From Eledone cirrhosa (taxonomy: Eukaryota), in NCBI GenBank assembly GCA_964016885.1, contig OZ024741.1:392336001-392400000 (forward strand): a DNA stretch of 64,000 bases, in the 5' to 3' direction. The translations under genes were made by a program, and so were the position numbers. Positions 52,130 through 64,000 of the stretch are shown here, in pieces. Each line of letters starts with the position of its first letter. Position 1 is the stretch's first letter. The notes beneath the pieces were generated by a model, which searched no databases, was not told the DNA's origin, and saw nothing but the letters and a program-made list of their open reading frames with translations.

Positions 52130-53115
52130 AGTTCAGGGAGTTACTACTGCTGCTAACTACAAATTTTCTTTTTGCTCAAAATGAAGGGCAGATTGTATGA
52201 TGCATGTATATGAACAACGATATTGCATGGTAGTGAGACATGTGTGCAGAGGACCTGTGAAGATTAGAAAGAAATGAAGCTTCCATGCTTCAATGGATGT
52301 GTAATAGTAATATGCATGAATGGTAAAGCATAAATGATCTGAGAGAGAAACTGGGCAGAAGAGGGATCAGATGCTGTGTACAGAAGAGGAGATTGCATTG
52401 ACATGGGCATGTGAGGCATATGAAGGGTGACAGCTGTATAAAAAGGTGCATGGGGCTCAAAGTTGATGGAAGCTATGGAGTAGTTTGGGATGAGGTGATA
52501 AAAGCTGACCATGCACAATTGCACCTCTCAAAGGTAATGGCACAGAACCGTGATCTCTGGCATTATGCAGTAATACAGAAGACATGCCTTCCTATGTGCA
52601 GGGGATGAGGCATGCCTCTAGTATATGTCACGTTCCCCTCCCATACACATCCCACATCATAATATCTCACCCACAACCCCTAACACCCCTAGATCTACCA
52701 CCACAATGTCCATGAACCTCCCCCACCCAAGTCCTCAGTCCACACTGTAAAGTGGTCATGTAGGTGTCATGACAAAAAGTGCCCAGCCTACATTGTAAAG
52801 TAGTTGTGTTGGTGACATGACAAAAAGCACCCAGTATACACTGTAAAGTAGTTGTGTAGGTGTCTTAACAAAAAGCACCCAGCTCACACCATGTAGTTGT
52901 CATGACGAAAAGCACCCAGCAAAATCTGTAAATGTGGTTGGCATTAGGAAAGGCATCGAACTGTAGAAACTAAGCCAAAAATCAGTTATGTATGAACAAA
53001 ACATGATCATCTGACTTGGCTTGTCTCACAATTGGACAGATTGTATAACCCCTGCTAGCATGGAAAATAGATGTTAAACGGTGATGATGATGATAATGAT
53101 GATGATGATGATGAA
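52130..53115 (+). mobile_element. Old RTE 3' fragment with ~44-bp tandem repeats in the UTR
   Basis: Degenerate MKGRLYDAC..HGSET; aaaaagcacccagc..actgtaaag repeats; (GAT)n tail. Confidence 0.85.
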
Positions 53116-53138
53116 GATGCATCAATTGATAGTTTTAC

Positions 53139-53251
53139 CTTGGTAAACCATAAAGTGGAACCATGCGGAAACACGCCATGACAGCACGTTTCCTTTGTGA
53201 TGATATGACTTTTCTCCATGCACCCTTTAATCCAAGGGATGGATGTTCAAC
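53139..53251 (-). CDS. RyR: RyR exon VEHPSLGLKGAWRKVISSQRKRAVMACFRMVPLYGLPR (calmodulin-binding segment)
   Basis: atag acceptor, gtaaaa donor, 113 nt, phase 0/2; resembles the RyR CaM-binding helix W..L.S.QR.RAV.ACFRM.PLY. Confidence 0.96.
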
Positions 53252-54488
53252 CTATAAATATAATAACTCCATTTTACTATCTTTCATCATACATTATAGG
53301 ATTGTTATTTTAAATACAGTTAGAGTTTAATAAGGAAAGACTTCTTTAATATCCTTTCAATCCCAAGAATTAAGCTTTCTGAGAAATATTTCTTCTCATT
53401 TAGTGTGGCTTAGTGGTTAGAGAATTGTGAGGTTGTGAGTTCGATTCCTGGACTGGGCAATGCGTTCTATCCTTGAGCAAGACACTTTATTTCATGCTAT
53501 TTTTTCTGCCAGGAGTTGTGGTTGATAGATAGTGCCAGCAATGAAAGACCAATGGAAACATTGTTTTCTTGGTCCGATTTCATGAGTTCTACCCAACTCA
53601 GCAAGCAAATGACATCTTGTATCTTGTCGATAGAATAAGAACATTTTGCAATCATAGTTCTATGTATCAATATAATATTGCTCCTTTTATATGGTTTTCT
53701 CCAGTTTAAATTCAGTTTGACTATAGTAGATTTGTTTCTTCTATTGCTATCCTTAACTTAAATTAATTTTTTAGAAGTTCATTAAGGAACCACATTAAAA
53801 AACACCTGTATTTTCTAATGGTTTTCAGTGCTTCCATAGCTGACCTTGCTCAAATGTTTGCAACAGAGTGACTCTGCTAATGGCATCCATGGATCAGGTG
53901 ATGGTATTAAACTAAGAGATACATTGTCTACCATCAAAGAATAGTAAGGACCTCTCTGGCAGGCTCCGACAATTTCTGTCCCAAATTTAATTCACGGGCT
54001 TTGGTCAAGTTAAGCCTTTGGTAGAAGATACTTGTTCAAGGTGCTCCTGAGTGGAAACAAACTCCAAGCCTCATAGTTGCAAAGCAAACTTCTGAAACAA
54101 ACAACTATTCATTTGCTTACACATACTAAACTGTTTGCTGCTAATTTTGAGTGAAAATAATAAATAAATAATAATTTTAATCTTCATTTCTGATAATCTG
54201 AATTTATTTTATTCCTTCAAATTAGTCTCACAAATGTTTAACAAAATTATTTTACATTCACCTCACCCTTTCTTCTTCAGTGCCAAGGTAAATAGTTAAT
54301 TGAAAATTCAAATAGATCTAAAAATAGATGTTTTTCTTGCATTCTCTTTATATATTATGTTACTTTTATTTGATTTATATTTTCAAAATAAACATGCTTC
54401 TAAAATTATGATTCTAAATTAAAATGATGATTATTATCAATGATTAAATGAGTGTTAACATTTAACATAGGGAGAATATTATCCTCAC

Positions 54489-54629
54489 CATATGTAGACC
54501 AAACATAACTCTGGCCATTGATACAATTCTTTCAATACTCTTTTCACTGTTTAGCTCAATATTACTGCTCAACTTGCTGTCTCCTATTTTACGGAAGAGT
54601 AATTTCTGCCATTGTTCTGGTTCAACCTC
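54489..54629 (-). CDS. RyR: RyR exon EVEPEQWQKLLFRKIG...IERIVSMARVMFGLHM
   Basis: gtag acceptor (tandem TAGGAG possible), gtgagg donor, 141 nt. Confidence 0.9.
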
Positions 54630-55433
54630 CTACAAGAAAACAAAAATGGTACAAAACGTGTGAAAAAATATGGGTCTATTTAAAATAAAATAAAATGATG
54701 GTGTATGTGTGAAGAAAAGAGAAGAATCAATAGATTTTATTATGATTCATTTGTTTTATATGATGGAGACTGAAATGGGAAGAATAAGATAGTATTCAGA
54801 AACACAATTTTTGTTATGACTATGGCCACTAATACTTATATGTGCTTCATGCAGAGAAAAGGATATGTCAGTTAATGGAGCAGATGGAACCTTTATGCAA
54901 TCACTATATCTGCTAGAAATAGCAACCAAGTCTTTTTCAAAACACACCATTATTAAAAAGAAGAAGAGAGAGTATTGTCATAGCTGGAACATCATTGATC
55001 AGACATTTACTCAATCCCTGCTAACCTAGGCCTAAACAACAATAACATTATCATAAAGGCTTACACCTGTTTCTAATGTATGAACTGAGAAAAAAGTGAA
55101 TGTATGTGAGATAAATCAGATGTGGTGTACAGGAGAAAAGCCTGTGCTGATATGGACATGTGATGCATATGGATGATGAGAGTTAGGTTAAGATAAACAG
55201 CTTTAAAGTGATGATGAATTGATTTGTGCTTGTTTCATTGACTCTAGAAGGATGAAAAAGTAAAGTCCACCCTAGTGAGATTTTGAACTAAGGATGTTAA
55301 AAGACATCATATATTCATTAAAGGATACTAATTAATTTAGTCTGTTTCTTTAATACTTTTCTTAAATATAAAAAATATTTGAGAAAGAAAAGCATTAGTA
55401 TATTACATGAAAAATATTTAATATCAAACTCAC

Positions 55434-55493
55434 CCCTTCGACTGTTTCCAATAGCGCCTTCAGGAAAGTTTCGATGTCTCCTTCCGGTTCCTT
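55434..55493 (-). CDS. RyR: RyR exon KEPEGDIETFLKALLETVEG
   Basis: ttag acceptor, gtgagt donor, 60 nt; fills the expected gap in frame. Confidence 0.85.
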
Positions 55494-56290
55494 CTAACAG
55501 AATAAAAAGTTAGAAAATGCCCACGATGAGTTAAACAAACCATGCTTAGAACACCATGCTTTTAGTGAAAATGTTTCTGCACTCTGTGTGTTGAACAAAG
55601 CTTGACATTTATATTGGAAATGAGCACTAGTATTTGACAATAAAGTAAAAAAGTTCACACAAAAGAATTTTAAAATATTAAAACAGACCTTAAATATTTT
55701 TGTGGCAGGAGTTAACATGGGGATACAGAAATTACCATTTCAAATAAAAGTTATATTTTATTTTTTAATTTTAGATTTTTGTTTGAATGTTTGCTAACTT
55801 GTAAAAATTTAATTTTTATAAAGTAAATATCGATTTGATGTCATGACAACATAGTACATGCTGTAAAGTGGTTAATGTGAGGAAGGGCATCCAGCCATAG
55901 AAAACTTTCCAAACAAATGGTTATGAGGACCCTCCAGTTGTGTCAAAGACATGACAACCTCTCTAGTACTGGTGCCAAAATAAAATGTACTTGGTAGAAC
56001 ATGGAACCGTATACAAGCAAGATGTGAACCTCCAGCCTGTGTGGGAGGTCAGTGGGCCTGCTTAAGTACAGACTGTTTGTGAAGACCCTAACCCTAACCT
56101 TTGCTAGAAAGGAACGTGGATGTTAAATAATGATGATATTGATAGGTACATTACTATAGTTCACTTTCAATCAATAATGAAAACTATTAATTTCTCATAT
56201 AATCAGATGTCTCCAGATTTATAGATGAAGAAAGATGAGAAGTAGGACCATTCATGCTTGTCTCAAAAACATTAGCATAAGTAAAGTGAA

Positions 56291-56470
56291 ATATTGTTAT
56301 ATTTGGGGAGGGTTATGTTGTCCTAATATTGCCAAAAATAGTAAAACACACTCACAGTGAGTGTGTTTTACTATTTTTGGCAATATTAGGACAACATGAC
56401 CCTCCCCAAATATAACAATATCTGTTTCAACACATGATTTCATATCAAAAACATTGCAAAGCAAATACAT
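56291..56470 (+). mobile_element. Hairpin-capped short element
   Basis: 131-bp near-perfect palindrome 56291-56421 plus the tail shared with 25224-25280. Confidence 0.8.
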
Positions 56471-56759
56471 TGCCACTAAAGTAAATTAGCCTCAACCAAG
56501 AATTAAAACTGAGTTGTGGTTTTGGCTTACCAAGTAGTTACCTCTAACTTCTAAAATGAACTGCTGTCAATAAATATTTCTCTAACTAGATGTTCAAATG
56601 ATTTCAGGAATCAATATAATGTATTTTAATCAATATAAGGCATGTTCGACTAAATTAATTTCATACTATCTTTTCTGCCATTAAATTTCATTGTTATATT
56701 GGGAATTTATACTTCAATATGACAGAATCCCTCATATCAAAATTCATATAGAGTACAGT

Positions 56760-56930
56760 TGCATGTGACTACCAAAATATATAATTGACAGGTCATAACA
56801 TTTGGCTACTAGCCTAGATTTTGCTGCTCATCAGGCTGAAGAGGGAAAACTGTCAAAGTATCAGCCACTCTTTGATAGGTTTGTGGTCAAGACCGTGGCA
56901 ATAAAGACTTCTAGTATTCTTGGCCCTATT
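56760..56930 (+). mobile_element. CRE-like (RLE) non-LTR C-terminal fragment
   Basis: AAHQAEEGKLSKYQPL..RF....VAIKTSSILG resembles AA..AE..K..KY..L...F.P.A.ET.G. Confidence 0.5.
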
Positions 56931-56941
56931 CATTGTTATCA

Positions 56942-57136
56942 GGGTGGAGTTGACTACACGAGTGTGCTCTAGATATGGCCCTTTATTCTCTGAGTTCAAA
57001 TCCTGCTGAGGTTAGCTTTGCCTTTCATCCTTATGGGGTCGATAAAATAAAATACCAGTAATGCACTGGGGTCGATTTAATCGACTTTCCCCTCTCCAAA
57101 ATTGTTGGTCTTGTGCCTAAATCAGGAACCATTATT
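56942..57136 (+). mobile_element. SINE
   Basis: ctgagttcaaatcc...gcctttcatcctt..ggggtcgataaaataaaataccag family. Confidence 0.8.
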
Positions 57137-59472
57137 TATCTAGTTTTCAATCATTGCTATATTTTAGCAATTGGTCTTCTAGTTCATGAATTTCATGCAT
57201 TTTGATTGCACATATACAGTTCTACAGATCAGTTTACATGAAGTATCAAAAGAAAGCTTTATTAGTTCACAAATTGTAGAAATTTCTGTATCCCTGTAAT
57301 TGAAAAAAATTTTAAATTTAAATTTCAGGAAACAAATCAATAAAACCATAAATTAAGGATAAAAACACTGTTAGAGTAAAATAGTATTATAAATGATAAA
57401 ATAACCAAATTAGGGGGAAACTGAAAATAACACTAAAAACATCAAATGGGTTTAAATAAAATCAAAAGAAATTAAGATCGAAATAATATGAAAATTATTA
57501 ATATAAATATTATTTAGATATTAATTATATTTAATGGGATTTTATAATGAAAATTATATCTATACATCAGTTCATAAAATGTAATTATGCCTGTAGCTAT
57601 GTCTTTACTGCATAATCTTTTATTCTTTTTTAATAGATTTTGTCATTAGACTGAGATTATGCTTTCAAAAAGTTAGTTGACAATATCGACAATATTTTCT
57701 TCAGTCTGGTACATATATTTTATTGATCTCTATTTGTTAACCTAGTACGATACAGGGCATAAATGGACACAACATAAACAAAAACACAGATAAGGACCAA
57801 CAGCTTAGGTCTCATCAGTATTTATTATTTTGACTGTAGAAAAATGTGCTTTTAATAAAGATTAAATATTCTATGTTGAGCTTACAAAAAAGGCTATAGT
57901 TTTGAAATAAAATAAGAAAAGAATATGATTACAATTGAAAACTGCTCTTATAAAAAATTAACTACTTAATTTTAAATAAGATTCTACACAGAGTTTACTA
58001 AAGGAGGAAAAAATCATTAGTTACAAGGAAACTGAACCCTATATTAAGATTTATTCATTTTCTGAAACACACACACATACACACATGCTCTTCACCTCCA
58101 CCACACCTGAAATTATTATTTAATCAATCTCATATCTTATTTAAGGTTTTCTTGCAATGCTAGAAAGCCACCCATTTGCAGAAGAGGAGTACATTGAATT
58201 GAATTAGTTCAAAATACCTGCTTGGTAATAATTATATTGACTGTAGAAGGAGTAAAAGTAAAGTCAATCCTGGCAGGATTTAAACTTAGAGTGTAGAGAG
58301 ATGAAACTAAATACTGTGTGATGTTTAATTTGCCACTCTACAATATTTGGCATTCATTTGTCATGTAAAGAACAGATTTTCATATTTTCAAAAATAATTT
58401 CTTTTACACCAATACAAAGCATTCGACACATCTAGGGTAGGTATTTGGAAGACATGTATTTGGCTCAAGGAAGATTATCTCTATATATGACAACCTTATG
58501 GGTGTATTATTAGATCAAAATATGACACACTTAAGTGAAACTATTTTGTTTTAATCAAACAACATCAATGATAATTAGTCCCATCACTATAATTTGATTA
58601 GTGACTATTAATGAATTATATTTTGTTCAATCATTGGTTCATTTTTGTTTATCAAATGAAAGGAGGATAGCTTCTAGCAAGTTTCTAAAATCAATAATAT
58701 CTACCAAGTACCTATTGCCATATTAGATTTGTTTCTTCAATAGACCCCAAATCTCATAGAGTATTGAAACCATAAACACACACACACACAATTTAGATGA
58801 AATACTGCCACAAATAAAGAATTTGAAATCCTCAACTTCAAATCATTGCCGTGACAGGGTATTGTGTAGATCCATTTAAAAATGTGTGTGTAGGAGTATG
58901 GGAAAATATACTATTCCTCCTTTGTGGTTAGGATGTTTGTGTTATATAAGTAAACTAGTAATAAAATATAGCTTCACAAATAGCAATGTTCAAACAACGA
59001 AACATCAAACATGCTGGGTCAGAAAAAATTTGAAAAGAAAAACTTAAATATTGTTTGAAGATATTTTAGATATTTAAGTAGTGTTTAAATATTTTTTGAC
59101 AAGATTTACAGTAACATTTTAAAACCAATTAAATTATTTTAAACATTGCTTTAATAGGATCAACATTATTTATTTAAAAATAATATTTAATGCATTTCAA
59201 TTATGTATTTTAATTTTCTTAATAACCTCAAAAGCTTTAATACTATCTTTTTATTCTTATATTTTATAAATTTTATTGCTTTACTATTTATATCAAAAGT
59301 AATCTTTTGAAGAAACCTTCCTTCAATTTTAAGCATTTTAAATTATTTATGTATATATACCATTTTATAAAGAACACATAAGACATTACTTTCTACTCAA
59401 TAAAATAATTATCCAAAGAAAACCCTTAAATTTCTATTTTCTTTTCCGTACTGAAGAAACTGGATTACATAC

Positions 59473-59745
59473 TTTTATAAGCTTTTCTTTAGTATATTGA
59501 AGTAACTCCTGCTCTCTTCCACTGAAGAAGCTGAGACCAATAGGGAACAACCGCTTGAGACAAGCTACATTTAGACTGTTATGAGCTTCTAATCTTTTCT
59601 TGTCTTTCTTTCTTCCAGATGTTTGTCTGCTTTGGTCATCATCAACTTTCACAACTGACAATCCTTTAGCCTGGCTGGGCATAATCAAAGCCATATTGTC
59701 TATCTCATTTTGAGATACAAAGTTTTGTTCTTCTCTCTTGAATAA
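59473..59745 (-). CDS. RyR: RyR exon LFKREEQNFVSQNEIDNMAL...LNVACLKRLFPIGL...KEKLIK
   Basis: ttag acceptor, gtatgt donor, 273 nt, phase 0/0; FKREEQNFV and LKRL.PIGL motifs. Confidence 0.95.
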
Positions 59746-61297
59746 CTAAAATAATAAAATAGAGTATTTTAAAAGCTGAACATGAAACCATTATCTGAAA
59801 ATATTTATTTTTGTCTTCCAAATATATGATTTATATTTAAGTATATAATATATTTACTATGAAAAAATATTACTGTATGTTTATTAATCAAACAAATGAT
59901 TATATATCAAATATGTATTTTGATACTTAAAAATTATATTTAAATGAATTTTACTAAAAGAATAAAATATTTTGTTTACTAAGGATTCATTGGAAATTAA
60001 ATATTTCTCAAAATAATTTTCTAAAAGATAATCAACCTTTTGATAGGAAATGTTGTGAAAGATCATAATATTAAATATCACATGTGCCTAATGAAATCCA
60101 ACTTTATATTCATATAAATGTAGACATTGTCAATATAAATACTTATTAAACAAAAGAAAACCCATATTTTAATTTATATAATTAATTACTGAAACACTAA
60201 ATGTAAAATAGAGTATATATCTATTTTAGTAGTACAAGGTTCAGCTGGCACTGCATGTGCAATTAAATACATGCCTATACTAGTTTTTACCAGGCAGAAA
60301 ATTGTTGGGTTTGATTTGATTGGTTTTAGTCTTATTTATGAGAGCTCTTCAGAGAATATGTATCTCCTTGTCTTCTTTCTTCTGAAAATTGACTACACAC
60401 ACTCTTGAGATATGATGCCTGGGATCTATAGCAAGAGTAATGCTGTGAGACAGACAAGCAAATTATATAGTAAGGGACAGGCAGGGAGTCAATATTATAA
60501 TTATGTGGTCTACAAGTATCAACTCCAATAGTTTAGTCGTATCATTCACCAACTGGAGACATCTATGGTGGTAAACTGAGTATTCAAGGGAGATTTACAA
60601 GACCCCAAAAATCCCCCCAAAATAAGAGGTAGACCACTAAAGAGATTCCAAGATAATATCCACCAATGTGCATGACTAATTTTTTTCCCACCCCAATATA
60701 TTATGATATCAGTGTTGTTGGCACCCATATTTAGGTTTATTGAATCAATCACTTTGAATATTAATTAATATACTTATTTTAGTGTGATTAATGCTCGATC
60801 TTCCGGGCTATGACTTTTGCTATTTATATCATTCTGTTATTGTTTCAGTCTTTTTTTAACCAGGCATATTGGGACACCCTCTTGAAGAGGCTTAGTGAAT
60901 TATATTGACCCTAATACCCAGCATTCAGCCTGGAATTTATTTTATTTATGTCTCTATATCTAGTGAGTAAGTATGCCTTGGCATAAAAGTGATATGCTAC
61001 AACAATTAAATACAAGTTATTTTCCTTTAATGCAATAATTTGCACTAACACACACGCACACATACGATAGGCTTCTACATAGTTTTCATTAACCAAATTT
61101 CACTTACAAGGCATTAACCAACTCAAAGCGCCATACAGTAAAGTTGTAAAATCAACTTCTTAATCATTATAGCCTTGCCTGTGTTAAGTTATAAACATAT
61201 TAAAAGGTTTTTGTTTTGCAAACAAATTACTATAATTAGTGTTAAAAAGTGAGAAAAAATAATGCCCAAATAATGCCCAAAATCTCAAAGAACTTAC

Positions 61298-61456
61298 AAG
61301 GGATTTCGACCACAATGTGAAAATGTAGGCTACACAGTTGAAAAGTTCTTCTGCAGCAACTATAGGACTTTTAAGCCAGCTTGAACGATGAAGATCAACA
61401 TATTTGATAAGAAGTGGGTAGAAAGCATACAAATCTCGTACCAAAACACCATAATA
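61298..61456 (-). CDS. RyR: RyR exon [53 protein letters not shown]
   Basis: gcag acceptor, gtaagt donor, 159 nt, phase 0/0; RyR motif RDLYA.YPLLI.YVD. Confidence 0.95.
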
Positions 61457-61639
61457 CTGCAAAGATAAAAATATACTCATGAAATACATTGATACTTTAG
61501 GCATAAAACATTTTATAGACACACTATTATATTTACAATGTCATTTTAAAATTATATCTCCATTCAGGTATCTGTTGGCTTTAATAAGTATTTCTATGTG
61601 TATAGACATAGAAAGATTTACTATCTATTTTCTAGAATG

Positions 61640-62234
61640 AGGGATTAGGGTAACTGCATAAGGTTAGTGCAAGAGAGATTGAGCATAAGAGGAATCAAAT
61701 GCTATGTGCAAGAGAGGCGGTTGCGTTGGTATGGACATGTGATGCATATGAAGGATGACAGCTGCATAAAAAGTGCAGAGCACTAGAAGTCAATGGAAAC
61801 CGCGGAGTGGGGAGACCCAAGAGACCTGGGATGAGGTGATAAAAGCCGACCTTACCCAATTACACCTCTCAAAGGCGATGACACACGACCGTGACCTCTG
61901 GCGTCATGCAGTAATACAGAGTACTCGACCTCCCATGGGTACATGCTGAAGCATATAGACAATATGGCCCCACACCCTCCCACTGCAAGGTGGTCGTGGA
62001 GGTGCCACAGCAAAAAAGCACCCAGCCCACACTGTAAAGTGGACGTGTAGGCGCCACGAAAAAGCACCCAGCACTCACTGTAAATGAGGTTGGTGTTAGG
62101 GAGGGCATCCAGCTGTAGAAATCAAGCCAAAATCAGTTCCTGTATGAGCAAGACATGGTCAGCCGACCAGACACTGCCCACAACAGGACAACCCGTCTAA
62201 CCCATGCTAGCATGGAAGAACGGATGTAAAACGG

Positions 62235-62270
<36 letters not shown>
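61640..62270 (+). mobile_element. 5'-truncated RTE (same subfamily as 34611-38019, opposite strand)
   Basis: Reverse complement of ~38524-39100; (GAT)n tail. Confidence 0.92.
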
Positions 62271-62273
<3 letters not shown>

Positions 62274-62709
62274 CATTTTAATTTTTGATATTTAAATTTT
62301 ATTATTTGTGAAGTTGCATAGCCTAGCGATTACAATGTTGGGCTCACAATCATAAAATTGTGAGTTTGATTCCCTGTCCAGATGACACATGAAGTGCTTT
62401 CACCTATCCATATCATTTCATGCTGCTCTTGCTCACTTATATGAACAAATAAGTACCAGTGGCAGTTGGGGTTGAAATAATAATACTGACATTTCATCCT
62501 GTACTCTCAGTCACTGCCTCCTGGCTTGACACAGACCTTGAAACAAAATTAGTATGAACAAACCGTCTAACCCATGCTAGCGTGGAAAATGGACGTTAAA
62601 CGAAGATGATGAGATGATGATGAAAGGTATGACCTTTTTTTTGTTTCCTTAAGGGTCTGAATTGATGGAAATTTGGTAACTATTTCTAGCAGATCAAATG
62701 ATTATGTGA

Positions 62710-62720
62710 AGAGAGAGAGA

Positions 62721-62792
<72 letters not shown>
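62710..62792. repeat. (AG)n microsatellite
   Basis: Read directly from the sequence. Confidence 0.95.
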
Positions 62793-62795
<3 letters not shown>

Positions 62796-63291
62796 GAAAA
62801 GAAAAAATTTCAATTTATAACCTCAACATAAAAGAGTGGCAGCATTTATTTTTAGTTCTAAGTATATTTATCAGCCTTGACGACACTATAATAAATCTTG
62901 AAAATTTACTGCTAAATGTCCTAAATGTTAATGGTTAAATCAATGTACATAAAAGTACTGACCTCTTTTTTATCTTTTTTTAAAATAATTTTCATGTTAA
63001 AACTGTTTTTTTTTTAATGCTGGGAAATATGGTAAATTGCAGTCAGATTTAGTCAGTAGGATTTGGAAGTGGATTGGACCTGTGTCTTGTTTGTAAAGTG
63101 TAACGTGTAAAATATAATTTTACAATAGAATCCCTTTATTTATATAATTTACAAGTGATGTAAATGCTTAAATATAGTTAACACACCTTCCGGATGCAAA
63201 TAATTCTGCTAAATATTGCTTTTAGAGAGCATATAAAAACTATCCACCTATTAGGGTAAATATGTTTGTCTTGATTAAATGTCTCCGCCTC

Positions 63292-63478
63292 CTGGCAGTA
63301 TTGGTAGAGGGTCGGACATGCTTTCCAGCGTAGTTACGTCCATTTACGATCTGAGTTCAAACCCCGCCGAGGATAGCTTTGCCTTTCATCCTTACGGGGT
63401 CGATAAAATAAAGTACCAGTAATTATACTGGGTAATTGCTGGCCTTGTGCCAAAAAGTAGAAACAATTATTATTATTA
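63292..63478 (+). mobile_element. SINE
   Basis: Same family as 6548-6728; ends in (att)n. Confidence 0.8.
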
Positions 63479-63479
63479 T

Positions 63480-63648
63480 GTCAGAGATGTATCAACTAGA
63501 TTTCTCTAATGCGCCAGTGTGGACCTGGACCAACCACATAGGTTCATCTGGATTGTATATATAGGTTCTTGATTAGGCAAGTAAATAAGGATAGAATAGG
63601 GTGCCCACATTTTCAAACAGTCACCTATTCAGATCACAAGTTTGTGAT
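63480..63648 (+). mobile_element. L1/Tx1-like AP-endonuclease fragment
   Basis: PVWTWTN...RFLI...YSDHKFV. Confidence 0.55.
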
Positions 63649-63649
63649 C

Positions 63650-64000
63650 TTCGCCCACTTATTCCTGAGAGGGTGGTGGGGGCAGAGTCCTCAAACACTG
63701 CTTCCAGCAGGTCCTGTCAGAAGCAACTGTCTCCAACTGATCTGGTTAGATCACCAAGCAAGACCAGCCAAGCTCATGGATGTTATCCAATCATCTTGCT
63801 CAATGTCTACCCCTGGGTATCCTGCCAGTTGGTTTTGCGCATAAAATCTGTCCAGTAATTCTTTTCTGAGATATTCTAACTACATACCCATAGTATCAGA
63901 GCTGTGATCTCTCAATTCAGAGAAGTAGCAGCTCTATCTGGAGTGACTCTCTGATCCCTGAGTTATGCACTTTATCAAGTAACGTAACTCCAAAGACCCT
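63650..64000 (-). mobile_element. Degraded RTE (Expander-like) 3' fragment
   Basis: GVTLLDKVHNS.IRESL.IE.LLL.IERSQL..YG.V.R...PTGR.PRGR. Confidence 0.7.

Noticed and set aside
52740-52930. Spaced ~44-bp repeats resembling a CRISPR array
   Set aside because: Eukaryotic RTE 3' UTR tandem repeats; no unique spacers and no cas genes.
61457-64000. Further RyR exons upstream, and the EF-hand exon in 1-6058
   Set aside because: I found no segment with RyR-like translation and splice sites; they probably lie outside the window.

Overview
AT-rich, repeat-dense animal genomic DNA; the RTE, SINE and microsatellite landscape suggests an octopod cephalopod (inference). The minus strand carries an internal part of a ryanodine receptor (RyR) gene. 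I traced 18 GT-AG exons with consistent phases from 61456 down to 6059 (2034 nt, 678 aa), covering the calmodulin-binding segment and central domain up to just before the EF-hands. One intron is 27.4 kb (17962-45378). The introns hold a near-complete RTE LINE with a PHD-like finger and many truncated RTEs, several Penelope-like (PLE, GIY-YIG) remnants, two head-to-tail Helitrons, R4/Dong-, Vingi-, CRE- and L1-like fragments, tRNA-derived SINEs and (TA)n/(GAT)n/(AG)n repeats. Four non-obvious signals stand out. (1) Several type-I hammerhead ribozyme motifs in PLE-type termini have palindromic stem III, and most have an unusually long stem II (about 63-105 nt); two are sense to the RyR pre-mRNA. 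(2) About 13 fold-back elements occur, with hairpin turn points that differ between copies of the same family. (3) A structured, directly repeated family of about 300 nt has PLE-terminus architecture but no recognisable ribozyme. (4) Candidate frame-preserving micro-exons lie in the giant intron. All calls were made by eye with no database search.
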